DNA of 64,000 nt from NCBI GenBank assembly GCA_934446355.1, contig CAKSEC010000013.1, positions 2,474 through 66,473 on the forward strand, given 5' to 3'. How positions within the stretch are numbered: position 1 is the first letter of the stretch; each line of letters starts with the position of its first letter. The position numbers were made by a program, and so were the translations under genes. Below, in pieces: positions 16,919 through 26,141 of the stretch. This stretch comes from an uncultured Oscillospiraceae bacterium. GTDB taxonomy: Bacteria > Bacillota > Clostridia > Oscillospirales > Ruminococcaceae. The notes under the pieces are model-generated. The model made no database searches, was not told where the DNA came from, and saw nothing but the letters and a program-made list of their open reading frames with translations.

Positions 16919-18547
16919 TTATTTTGAACTTGCTCCACGAACTGCATTCCTGATGGGAAGCACAGACCTCGGCGAAACCGAGAGTTCGTCTACGCCCATC
17001 TTGATAAAGCTTTCCGTAAGTGAGCAGTCTGCGGCAAGTTCGCCGCATATTCCCGCCCAGATACCTGCGTTATGGGCGGCGTCAACGGTCATTTTTATCA
17101 TGCGCAGAACTGCGGGGTGCTTGGGGTCATAGAACCGTTCAAGTCCCTGAGTGCTCTGCCTGTCAACCGCAATGGTGTACTGAGTAAGGTCGTTGGTACC
17201 GATAGAGAAAAAGCTTACCTCCTGCGCAAGTTCAGGCGCTATCATTACTGCTGCGGGCGTTTCTATCATAACGCCGAGTTCCAGTTCGCTGTCAAACGGT
17301 ATCCTTTCCTTTTTCAGTTCAGTCATTACCGCACTGCAGAGCCGTTTAGCCTCCTGGATCTCCCACAGGCTCGAAACCATGGGGAACATTATCGCAAGCT
17401 TTCCGTATGCCGAAGCACGGTAAAGCGCCCTCAGCTGCACCCTGAATATTTCAGGACGGTTAAGGCATATTCTGAGCGCACGCATTCCCAGTGCGGGATT
17501 TTCCTCGTCGGCAAGCCCGAAATAGCCTATCTTCTTGTCTGCGCCGATGTCCATTGTTCTTATGATAACTCTTGCGCCGTTCATTCGCTGAACAACGGTC
17601 TTGTACGCCTCAAACTGTACCTCCTCGGTGGGGAAATCGTCTGAGCCGAGATACAGAAACTCGCTTCTGAACAGACCTATGCCCCTTGCGTCGTTGGTTA
17701 TTACTGCGTCAACGTCGGCGGGCGAGGTTATGTTTGCGTATACCTTTATCTCTTTTCCGTCAGAGGTAATATCGGGCTGCCCTTTAAGCTGCTCCAGCAT
17801 TGCCCTGACCGCCTTTTCCTCACGCTGCTTTTTGCCCAGATATTCCTTTGTGGTGTCGTCCGGGTCGATAACGATATAGCCAACGCTGCCGTCCATTATT
17901 ACCTGTCTGCCCTCGTATCCTGCATTCAGGTCTATGTCGGCGTTTATGATAGCGGGTATTCCAAGCGTCCTTGCAAGAATTGCGGTGTGACTGTTGGCGT
18001 TTCCTCCGGTGAGAATGAAGCCCAGTATCATGCCCTTTTCAAGCTGCACCGTTTCACTTGGGGTCAGGTCGTCGGCGAGTATTATAGAGGGCTTATCCAG
18101 CGAATTTTCATTGATGCAGCCGTTCAGCACAGTTATTACACGGTTCGAGATATCTATGACATCAACGCTTCTCGCCCGCATATAGTCGTCGTCCATGGCG
18201 GAGAACATTGCGGCAAACTCTTTTCCCGCCGTATCAACAGCGGTTTCCGCACTGTATTTCTCGCCGGTGATAAGTTCTGCTATCCTGTCGGTGTAGTCGA
18301 GGTCTTCGAGCATCATGCGGTGTGTTTCAAAAAGCACTGCGGCTTCTTCGCCTATTTCCGCACGTGTTTTTTCCGCAATTTCATCAAGCTGCGCTGCAGC
18401 CTTTTCCGAAGCCGCTTTCCAGCGTTCAAGTTCCTTTTCCGGATCGGCTGCCTGCTTGTCGTCATGTACCACCTGCATACGCTTATAGATGAATACGGGA
18501 CCCTCCGCTATTCCTCCGGATACTCCGGTGCCCTTTATCGCTATCAT
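16919..18547 (-). CDS. ptsI: phosphoenolpyruvate-protein phosphotransferase (PTS enzyme I)
   Basis: A 542-aa protein with GGNANSHTAILARTLGIPA (active-site His region) and FFSIGTNDLTQY. Confidence 0.9.
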   Translation of the reverse strand: MIAIKGTGVSGGIAEGPVFIYKRMQVVHDDKQAADPEKELERWKAASEKAAAQLDEIAEKTRAEIGEEAAVLFETHRMMLEDLDYTDRIAELITGEKYSAETAVDTAGKEFAAMFSAMDDDYMRARSVDVIDISNRVITVLNGCINENSLDKPSIILADDLTPSETVQLEKGMILGFILTGGNANSHTAILARTLGIPAIINADIDLNAGYEGRQVIMDGSVGYIVIDPDDTTKEYLGKKQREEKAVRAMLEQLKGQPDITSDGKEIKVYANITSPADVDAVITNDARGIGLFRSEFLYLGSDDFPTEEVQFEAYKTVVQRMNGARVIIRTMDIGADKKIGYFGLADEENPALGMRALRICLNRPEIFRVQLRALYRASAYGKLAIMFPMVSSLWEIQEAKRLCSAVMTELKKERIPFDSELELGVMIETPAAVMIAPELAQEVSFFSIGTNDLTQYTIAVDRQSTQGLERFYDPKHPAVLRMIKMTVDAAHNAGIWAGICGELAADCSLTESFIKMGVDELSVSPRSVLPIRNAVRGASSK

Positions 18548-18570
18548 ATGAACGCCTCCTCATTACGAAA

Positions 18571-18831
18571 TCAGAAGTTATTCTCTTTAAGGAATGCCTG
18601 AACTGCCTCTGCGGCTGCCTGCTCGTCCTCGCCCTCTGCCTGGATCGTGATGGTGTCGCCGCACTTTATGCCAAGTCCCATAAACGCCATAAGGCGGCGG
18701 GTATCGGCTTTCTTTTCGCCCTTAATTACGGTAACTGTGCTCTTGAAGCCGGCTGCCTTTTTCGCAAGCATTCCTGCGGGACGTGCGTGGATACCAACGG
18801 AATCTGTGATGGTGTAAGTAAATTCTTTCAT
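18571..18831 (-). CDS. ptsH: HPr phosphocarrier protein (Arg at the Ser46 position)
   Basis: An 86-aa protein with GIHARPAG (His15). TRRLMAFMGLG aligns to the canonical KSIMGVMSLG. Confidence 0.9.
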   Translation of the reverse strand: MKEFTYTITDSVGIHARPAGMLAKKAAGFKSTVTVIKGEKKADTRRLMAFMGLGIKCGDTITIQAEGEDEQAAAEAVQAFLKENNF

Positions 18832-18845
18832 GATAAATACCTCTC

Positions 18846-19802
18846 TTATAATTGATCTATTGTAGGATAGGACGCAATTGCGCCCTCTGACTGAACGCTG
18901 AATGCGCAGAAGCGGTTTGAAAAATCAAGGCACTGATTTAATACGCTCTCGTCTGCCGCAGTAATATTTGCAGAATCTATGCCAAGACTTTGCAGCTTCC
19001 ACAGGAAAGAACCGATAAATCCATCGCCTGCGCCTGTCGTGTCGGCTGCTTTCACCTTTTCGGCGGGCGAAAAGGACTTCGCTTTGCTGGTGTAAGCATA
19101 CGCACCGTCTTTCCCGCAGGTGTAGACTACAAGCTTTACCCCGCTTTGCAGAAGCTTCGGAACAGCCTTTTCGATATCGTTTTCGCCTGTGATAAATTCA
19201 AGTTCCTCGTCTGATATTTTCAGAATATCGCACATAGGGATAAACTCGTTCACCCTGTCGTGAAGCTTGTTTTTGTCATTCCAGAGCGGGAAGCGCAGGT
19301 TCGGGTCGAAGCTTATCAGCATACCGTTTTTTCGTGCAATTTCGATCGCACGGATATGAGCGTCTTTCATAGGAAAATCGCCCAGTGACACGCTGCAGAA
19401 ATGCAGCGCATACGAATCGCCGAACCAGCTTTCCTCTATCTGTTCGGGGGACAGCAGCATATCAGCCGCCGGCTTCCGATAGAACGAAAACGTCCTGTTT
19501 CCGTCCTTTTCAAGGCTCACGAATGCAAGCGACGTGTTCGCTTCATCGGTGAAGCGTACTGCGGAAGTGTCTATTCCGAACGCCGCAAGTTCGTCCGCTA
19601 TTTTATGCCCGAAAGGGTCGTTTCCAAGCTGGGTTATCATCATAGATCTGCCGCCTAGCCTTGTGAAAGCGCCGCATACATTAGCGGGAGCGCCGCCCAC
19701 TTTCGGAGAAAATGCGGTCACCTCGCTGATAGCGCAGCCTGTTTTATCGGGGATAAAATCGATAAGCGCCTCGCCTATCGCAATAAGCTTTTTACTCTCC
19801 AA
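18846..19802 (-). CDS. scrK: PfkB-family carbohydrate kinase, probable fructokinase
   Basis: GEALIDF...GGAPANV N-terminus and DTTGAGDGF C-terminal motif, within the sucrose operon. Confidence 0.8.
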   Translation of the reverse strand: MESKKLIAIGEALIDFIPDKTGCAISEVTAFSPKVGGAPANVCGAFTRLGGRSMMITQLGNDPFGHKIADELAAFGIDTSAVRFTDEANTSLAFVSLEKDGNRTFSFYRKPAADMLLSPEQIEESWFGDSYALHFCSVSLGDFPMKDAHIRAIEIARKNGMLISFDPNLRFPLWNDKNKLHDRVNEFIPMCDILKISDEELEFITGENDIEKAVPKLLQSGVKLVVYTCGKDGAYAYTSKAKSFSPAEKVKAADTTGAGDGFIGSFLWKLQSLGIDSANITAADESVLNQCLDFSNRFCAFSVQSEGAIASYPTIDQL

Positions 19803-21150
19803 GATATTTCACCTCCATTTCTTTCAGCCGGAACAGTTCTGCGTTTATGCCCTCTGCTGATATTGTGACCTCGCCGCTGTCGGGGTACATTCTGCTGCTC
19901 AGGACCGTTTTTCCGCCGTCAAGATATATCTCGACTGAACTTTTGTCTGCGATGATCCTTATATCGGCGCATTCGCCGAGCACGGCCCTGCGGACCGTCC
20001 GCCCGCCGCCGTGCTTTTCATCAGTAAATCTTAATTCAAACACATTGCCGTTCCAACTCATTTTCATGAAGCTGTCAAGCGATATCGAAAAACTGCCGCC
20101 GACTTTTGCCGTCAGTTCAAACGGAAGCGTTATCGCAAGGCTTTCTCCGGCGTTCAGGGTATTCCGCTCACTGCGCAGGGACTCAAGTTCCCTGATAGGA
20201 TTCTGCAGCAGCGCACCGCCGCTGTCCGCCGTTATTTCACGGGGAATGGTAAGGCAATGCTGATAGCCAAGCGCACTGGTCGGGTTGCTGTACGGTATAT
20301 CGCCTATGCCCATCCAGCCGATTATGATACGCCGTCCGTCGGGGGCTTCAAAGGTCTGCGGAGCGTAGAAATCGAATCCCATATCCCACTCGGTGAAGCC
20401 TTTCAGACCGCCGTCGTATCTGAAATGTCCAGACTGGTACACGTTCTGGTTCTTTATATCGCTGTGTTCTAGTCCCTGAGGTGAAACGCTCAGATATTTG
20501 CGTCCTCCAACGCTGAAAACATCTGGGCATTCCCACATATAGCCGAAGCCGGAAACCGTGTCCGTGCCGTTATAATACCAGCTTGTCAGGTCGTCTGATT
20601 CGTAAAACAGCACGCAGCCCTTATCGTCAAGCGTCCTCGCGCCAAGGACCATATGCCATCTGCCGTTTTCATACCACACCTTGGGGTCACGGACATGGCA
20701 GGAACAGAATCCGGGATAATTGCAGTTGCGCAGCAGTACCTCTTTTTCGCTCATATGTACCCCGTCAGCCGTTGTGACGTGGATAACGTTCGCACCCCTG
20801 CCGCTTCTGATGTAGTCAAAGCTGCCGTGCTCCTTTACGTTTCCCGTGTAGAACAGGTGCAGAACATCTCCGCTGACCACTGCGCAGCCGGAATATACGC
20901 CGTCCCTGTCCTCAGGGATATCGGGGAAAAGCACTGTGCCTGTGAACTCCCATTTCAGCATATCAGGGCTTCTGTAGTGCCCCCAGCACTTCTTCCCACC
21001 GCCGTCTGCGCTGTCCGGTGCGTACTGAAAATACACGTGATAATACCCGCCGAAATAGCACAGACCGTTCGGGTCGTTTAGCCAGCCGCAGGGAGGTTCA
21101 AGGTGAAGTCCCTGCCGCCACTTTCCGTTTATATATGCCATGGATATCAC
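19792..21150 (-). CDS. scrB: sucrose-6-phosphate hydrolase (GH32)
   Basis: WLNDPNGLCYFGGYYHVYFQY, RDP and MWECPD blocks of GH32. Confidence 0.9.
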   Translation of the reverse strand: MISMAYINGKWRQGLHLEPPCGWLNDPNGLCYFGGYYHVYFQYAPDSADGGGKKCWGHYRSPDMLKWEFTGTVLFPDIPEDRDGVYSGCAVVSGDVLHLFYTGNVKEHGSFDYIRSGRGANVIHVTTADGVHMSEKEVLLRNCNYPGFCSCHVRDPKVWYENGRWHMVLGARTLDDKGCVLFYESDDLTSWYYNGTDTVSGFGYMWECPDVFSVGGRKYLSVSPQGLEHSDIKNQNVYQSGHFRYDGGLKGFTEWDMGFDFYAPQTFEAPDGRRIIIGWMGIGDIPYSNPTSALGYQHCLTIPREITADSGGALLQNPIRELESLRSERNTLNAGESLAITLPFELTAKVGGSFSISLDSFMKMSWNGNVFELRFTDEKHGGGRTVRRAVLGECADIRIIADKSSVEIYLDGGKTVLSSRMYPDSGEVTISAEGINAELFRLKEMEVKYLGE

Positions 21151-23030
21151 CCCTTAACAAGTTCAAGAAGCACGTCGCTGCTGCTGACATTTCCGTCTGC
21201 GGTGCGCTTTATCTCCGAATAATCGTTGGGGTTGGTCACTATGACCGGAGTGACCGTCTTATAGCCCTTGGAAGCGATAAGATCCTTGTCAAAGGTGATG
21301 AGCGTCTGTCCCCTTTTCACCCTTTCGCCCTCGGAAACGTGAGCGGTAAATCCCTCGCCGTTCAGTTCCACTGTATTTATTCCGATATGTATAAGCAGTT
21401 CTGCGCCGTTGTCAAGGTTCAGTCCGATAGCGTGATGTGTGTCGAACAGCGTTCCGACTGTTCCGTCAGCGGGAGCGACCACCTTTCCCTCGCTCGGCTC
21501 GACCGCTGCGCCCAGTCCCAGAATGCCCTCTGCGAATGTAGGGTCGGGGACGTCCTCAAGTGCAATTGCCGTTCCAGCAAGCGGCGAAAGGATCTGGTTG
21601 TCAGCTATTTCAGCAAGCGGTTCTGCGCTTGTTTCTACGGTTTCAGGGGCGGTTTCAGCAGGCTCGTCCTCCTTTATTCCCATGAACCACGATACTGCAA
21701 ACGCAACAGCGAACGATACCACCATTGTGAGGATATATCCGACGAATGTGTCGGTCGTGATGAGCAGTCCGAAAAGACCAGTTACGCCGTTCGCCGTTGC
21801 ATATACGTTCATTATTGAAGCCAGTGCGCCGCCGCAGGCACCGCCTATCATACCGGCAATGAACGGGCGCATGAATCTCACGTTCACGCCGAATATAGCA
21901 GGCTCGGTAATTCCCATGAACGCTGAAAGCGAAGCGGGGAGCGCAAGTGCCTTGGTCTTTTTGCTCTTAGCCTTGAATGCTACCGCAAGAGCCGCTGCGC
22001 CCTGAGCGACATTCGCCGCCGTTGCAATAGGCATCCATGTGTTCATGCCGTTATCGGCAAGCATCATCATTTCTATAGCATTGTACATATGGTGTACGCC
22101 AGCGACTACCGTTGGAGCGTAAACGCCGCCCATAAGGAATGCGCCTATTCCGAACGGAATCGCAATAAGTGCCTGCGCACCGCTCAGTACCCACGATTCA
22201 AGCTGTGCAAATACCGGACCGATAAGCGTCAGGCTGAAAAATCCTGCAACAAGTACCGACACAAGCGGAGTCACGAACAGATCGAGCATTTCGGGGACTT
22301 TCTTGTGCAGCTTCTTTTCGATAACAGACATTAGCCACACGGAAAGTATGACCGGAATAACGTGCCCCTGATAGCCGACATTCTGAATATCCCACAGACC
22401 GAACCACGACCACAGCGTTGTCGTTTCCGCACCGCCTGCGACCGTCCATGCGTTCACAAGGCTTGGGTGTATCATTATCATTCCTATTACTGCACCGAGG
22501 AACTGATTTCCGCCGAATATCTTTGCCGCTGAAATTGCGATAAGAATGGGGAGGAACGTTAATGCAGTGTTTGAAAAGATGTTCAGAAGCTCGTAAATAT
22601 GCGAATTTGCCATGTCGGGGAACACCTGAACAAGACCGCCGAGCAGGCCGTTCAGAAGTCCTGTCGCAACTATCGCAGGAATTATCGGAACGAAAATATC
22701 GCCGAGCGACTTTATCGCCCTTTTGTACCACGGAGATTTTGCCGCCGCAGCCGCCTTGACGTCCTCCTTGGTCGCTGCTTCGATACCGGCTTCGCAAATA
22801 AATTCGTCGTAGACCTTGTTCACCGTGCCTGTTCCGATTATTACCTGAAGCTGACCGGAAGCCTCAAACACGCCCTTTACGCCGTCAATGCCCTCAAGCT
22901 TCGCCTTGTCGATTTTGCTGTTGTCCGCAATAACGAGTCTTAGCCTTGTGGCGCAGTGTGCGGCACTTGCAAGGTTGTCTTTCCCGCCTATTGCGGAAAG
23001 TATCTCATGAGCTGATTTTTTGTAGTCCAT
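21147..23030 (-). CDS. scrA: PTS sucrose-type transporter, EIIBCA fusion
   Basis: EIIB CATRLR, a polytopic EIIC, and a C-terminal EIIA-Glc-type domain (IHIGINTVELNGEGF). Confidence 0.9.
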   Translation of the reverse strand: MDYKKSAHEILSAIGGKDNLASAAHCATRLRLVIADNSKIDKAKLEGIDGVKGVFEASGQLQVIIGTGTVNKVYDEFICEAGIEAATKEDVKAAAAAKSPWYKRAIKSLGDIFVPIIPAIVATGLLNGLLGGLVQVFPDMANSHIYELLNIFSNTALTFLPILIAISAAKIFGGNQFLGAVIGMIMIHPSLVNAWTVAGGAETTTLWSWFGLWDIQNVGYQGHVIPVILSVWLMSVIEKKLHKKVPEMLDLFVTPLVSVLVAGFFSLTLIGPVFAQLESWVLSGAQALIAIPFGIGAFLMGGVYAPTVVAGVHHMYNAIEMMMLADNGMNTWMPIATAANVAQGAAALAVAFKAKSKKTKALALPASLSAFMGITEPAIFGVNVRFMRPFIAGMIGGACGGALASIMNVYATANGVTGLFGLLITTDTFVGYILTMVVSFAVAFAVSWFMGIKEDEPAETAPETVETSAEPLAEIADNQILSPLAGTAIALEDVPDPTFAEGILGLGAAVEPSEGKVVAPADGTVGTLFDTHHAIGLNLDNGAELLIHIGINTVELNGEGFTAHVSEGERVKRGQTLITFDKDLIASKGYKTVTPVIVTNPNDYSEIKRTADGNVSSSDVLLELVKG

Positions 23031-23055
23031 ACCCGATACCTCTTTCGTTAGTATT

Positions 23056-23076
23056 GTTTCACACGGTTTGTGAAAC
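23056..23076. promoter_or_regulatory. candidate LacI-family (ScrR) operator, inverted GTTTCACA octamers
   Basis: GTTTCACA-CGGTT-TGTGAAAC lies between the predicted scrA promoter and the scrA start. Confidence 0.45.
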
Positions 23077-23096
23077 TGATTTCATCTGCTGATCAT

Positions 23097-23125
23097 ATTA
23101 TAGCATACAGGCGAGGCAATGTCTA
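23097..23125 (-). promoter_or_regulatory. sigma-A type promoter of the scrA operon
   Basis: The minus strand reads TAGACA, 17-nt spacer, TATAAT. Confidence 0.5.
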
Positions 23126-23163
23126 TTGACAAATCATAGTAACTTTTGACTCAGGAATTGTAG

Positions 23164-23181
23164 GTTTCACACGGTTTCACA
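23164..23181. promoter_or_regulatory. direct repeat of the same GTTTCACA octamer
   Basis: GTTTCACA-CG-GTTTCACA immediately after the scrR stop. Confidence 0.4.
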
Positions 23182-23184
23182 TTT

Positions 23185-24174
23185 TCAGGGTCTGTTTGTG
23201 GACTCTCTTTCCACTATTTCATAGTCTAGCTTCATGATTTTAGGTATATTCGAGCTTTTGCCGATAGAATTGAGCAGCATTTGCGCTGCTTCTATTCCCG
23301 CCGTTTTATAGTGCAGTCTTGCCGAGGTCAGCGAAACAGCGGTAACAGAGCCTATTTTTGAATCTCCCACCCCGCATATCATTATATCGTCTGGGATCTT
23401 TATGCCCTTTTCGCCGCAGTACAGCATTGCGCCCGCCGCAATATTATCCGTTGCGCAGAATATGCAGTCAGGCTGCTCGCCGCCTGACAGAAGCTTCTTT
23501 GCGCATTTATATCCTGAATCAACGTTAAATTCAGCAATAACGCTGTTGTGCTTTTCCAGCCGGATATCGTTGTCCGAGAGGGCTTTCAGGAAGCCGTTGT
23601 GGCGCGCTTCTCCAGCCGCCTTGTCCTCATCGGTGACGCCTATATAAGCAGGGTGTACCGCTCCCTTTTTCAGCATAAGGTCGGTCAGCGCATACGCTGC
23701 GCCGTAATCGTCATGACACACGCAGCTGAACCCCTTGTACTGCTGTCCCACTATCACGACAGGAATGTGCATTTTGTTCATCAGCGAACGGTGAACGTCG
23801 GTGAATATCGTCGCAAGGAAGATCACGCCGTCCACCCGATTCTGGCGGAAAAGGTCGAGATATTCTATCTCCTTGTTATAGTCGTTTGCGGTATTTACAA
23901 GCAGTATCTGATACCCGTGCTCATACAGCACCTGACTTATTCCCTCGGTTATTCTGGCGCAGCTTTCGCTTGACAGCTTGGGAATAATCACGCCCACCAG
24001 CTTTGTCACTCTCGTCTTTATCGCCTGAGCTGAAAAGCTGGGGGAATATCCGGTTTCCTCTATCGCTTTTTCTATCTTTTCACGCTTATCTTCGCCGAGA
24101 TAGCCGTTATTGAAGTACCTGCTGACCGCCGATTTGGACACGCCGGCGTACTTGGCAAATTCGGATATGTTCAT
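23185..24174 (-). CDS. scrR: LacI family transcriptional regulator (sucrose operon repressor)
   Basis: N-terminal HTH MNISEFAKYAGVSKSAVSRYFN and a periplasmic-binding-protein-like core, adjacent to the scr genes. Confidence 0.85.
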   Translation of the reverse strand: MNISEFAKYAGVSKSAVSRYFNNGYLGEDKREKIEKAIEETGYSPSFSAQAIKTRVTKLVGVIIPKLSSESCARITEGISQVLYEHGYQILLVNTANDYNKEIEYLDLFRQNRVDGVIFLATIFTDVHRSLMNKMHIPVVIVGQQYKGFSCVCHDDYGAAYALTDLMLKKGAVHPAYIGVTDEDKAAGEARHNGFLKALSDNDIRLEKHNSVIAEFNVDSGYKCAKKLLSGGEQPDCIFCATDNIAAGAMLYCGEKGIKIPDDIMICGVGDSKIGSVTAVSLTSARLHYKTAGIEAAQMLLNSIGKSSNIPKIMKLDYEIVERESTNRP

Positions 24175-24210
24175 TTTTCTGCTCCTTTTGTGAAATCGGT
24201 TTTATAGTAT

Positions 24211-24239
24211 TATACCACATTGTTTCAGAGAAATCAAGA
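24211..24239 (-). promoter_or_regulatory. sigma-A type promoter of scrR with extended -10
   Basis: The minus strand reads TTGATT, 17-nt spacer ending TGG, TATAAT. Confidence 0.5.
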
Positions 24240-24362
24240 CGTATTGTTGATAAAATGGGGCATTTCAAATGATTTTTCAGGCTTTTGATAAGTGATCTAT
24301 TCCGGCAACCTCGGCGTTTCCTAAGGCAATACCGCACAAAGATTGTGCGTGTATTGCCCTAG

Positions 24363-24400
24363 TAAAAAATAAACACCTGCGAGTCCCCCGCCCGCAGGTG
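24363..24400 (-). terminator. rho-independent terminator of the 27409-24421 operon
   Basis: The minus strand reads CACCTGCG-N11-CGCAGGTG followed by TTTATTTTTT. Confidence 0.75.
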
Positions 24401-24420
24401 TAACATTAATATGCCCGACC

Positions 24421-25290
24421 TCAAATCTTCCAGCTTCCCCTCTGCCATCTCAGCGCAGCAAGGCTGCCCGCAATAAGTACGCCGATACCCGCCCCGAAAT
24501 ACGCCCAAGACCAACCTATCGGATACACCGGCGCGCGCTGAAACTCTGTGAAATGCAGCCACACTATCGAATTCGACATAGGCAGCGCCCACATAAGCTC
24601 CGACCTTATCGAACACAGCGCAGCACCCGCAGCGGCTATTCCCGCACATACCGCCGAGCCTGCAGCCTTTTTGCCGATTATCATAAAAAACAGCAGTATC
24701 ATACCCAGCAGGAATAAATAGGCGAGCACCAGCAGACTGCTCTGCACCGCCGCTTCAGTCAGCGTGAAGTGATTAAACAGGTTTTTCGGCAGAAGCAGTG
24801 CGCCGAAATTCTGCGAATATTCAGGGTGCTCCACAGCGAAATCAAGAACCACGCCGCTCCACTGCCCTCCCCACTGTGCGCCTGCTATCACGGGAAGTAC
24901 GCCTGAAGCGAAAATAAAGGCGAGATACGAAATACACATCATTGCCAGATTTATGAGCTGCCCCACAAACCAGTTGAGCTTTCCTGTCCTGACTATCTCG
25001 AACATCATGCTTGCGTCCGTTCTCGGAAAATCAGAGGATATCGCAAAAAAGCCAAGCGGTATTATCAATAGTAGCGAGCCTGAATTAAGGGCAGCAATAT
25101 ACGGTTCAAGGACGTTCAGCGGCTTTCCCATGATATCTGCGTTTTCGGCAAGCGGCTTCACTGCGAACAGATAAACGAAAACGAAAAGCATTGCAAGAAT
25201 TATCATTCGGGGACTTATCAGCCATTTGCAGAACTCAGTTTTCGCACAGGAAAACGCAGTCTTTACGCTAAGTCTGTTCACGCTCAGCAC
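24421..25290 (-). CDS. polytopic membrane protein, ABC-2-permease-like
   Basis: A 289-aa ORF with about 6 hydrophobic helices. Its start overlaps the stop of the upstream gene by 7 nt. Confidence 0.65.
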   Translation of the reverse strand: MLSVNRLSVKTAFSCAKTEFCKWLISPRMIILAMLFVFVYLFAVKPLAENADIMGKPLNVLEPYIAALNSGSLLLIIPLGFFAISSDFPRTDASMMFEIVRTGKLNWFVGQLINLAMMCISYLAFIFASGVLPVIAGAQWGGQWSGVVLDFAVEHPEYSQNFGALLLPKNLFNHFTLTEAAVQSSLLVLAYLFLLGMILLFFMIIGKKAAGSAVCAGIAAAGAALCSIRSELMWALPMSNSIVWLHFTEFQRAPVYPIGWSWAYFGAGIGVLIAGSLAALRWQRGSWKI

Positions 25291-26141
25291 CCCCTGTCCG
25301 CACGCTTTTCCATAACGGCTGCGAACCCAGAAAAAGCGGCTGCCGCAAGAAGCAGGTTAAGCGCAAGAATCACTGCGGAATCACCGCCAAACGGCATTTC
25401 AAAAAGATATGTTATCGCATTAGGGTAAAGCGGCATGGTCTGCTGATATATTTCGTAATTCCCCGCCGCCGACAGATTCGTCTGCACGGCGGAAAGCACG
25501 GTTTCGTAGATGAATTTCAACAGGAACGGCACGCACAAAATTATGTAGGTATTCGTGCAGAACGAGCAGAGAAAAAACGCAGGCAGTACGCTAGCCGCAC
25601 CGTATGAAAACGCTCCGGCAGTCTTGCTGAACAGCACCGAAAATGCACCGTTCGGCAGATAATATTCGAGTATTTCTGTCGGCTGCGTATTCGGGAACAG
25701 GATATACACAAGCACCGCAAACAGGCTTACTCCAATCAATACCGCAAGGCCGCCGCTCAGCAATGCCGAAAAAAGCTTCGATATATAATACCGTATACGC
25801 CCCGCCCTGACTATTGTATACCGCATATTGCCGCTGTTTCGCTCAGCAATAAAGGACGTCACGAACGGCAGCGCAGCCGTTATCGGCAAAGCCATTGCGG
25901 AATATCCCGTAAGTGCTTTCCCGATAATTATTGCCGGAATAAAATCGCCGCTTTCCGCCATAACGCTGCGGTCGAGCGAGAACAAAGCCTCCAGCACCGA
26001 ATATACCCTGCCGTTTGAGTTATCCGCATACACCTGCAGCGAAAAGCACAGCACGGCGGTGACAGCTGCCGACAGTATAAAGCCTTTGTTCATAACGCAG
26101 CGCATCAGGTCGCATTTCAACGCTTTCATCATTTTCTCCAT
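25284..26141 (-). CDS. polytopic membrane protein, ABC-2-permease-like
   Basis: A 285-aa ORF with about 6 helices. ATGA start/stop overlap with the upstream lipoprotein gene. Confidence 0.65.
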   Translation of the reverse strand: MEKMMKALKCDLMRCVMNKGFILSAAVTAVLCFSLQVYADNSNGRVYSVLEALFSLDRSVMAESGDFIPAIIIGKALTGYSAMALPITAALPFVTSFIAERNSGNMRYTIVRAGRIRYYISKLFSALLSGGLAVLIGVSLFAVLVYILFPNTQPTEILEYYLPNGAFSVLFSKTAGAFSYGAASVLPAFFLCSFCTNTYIILCVPFLLKFIYETVLSAVQTNLSAAGNYEIYQQTMPLYPNAITYLFEMPFGGDSAVILALNLLLAAAAFSGFAAVMEKRADRGC

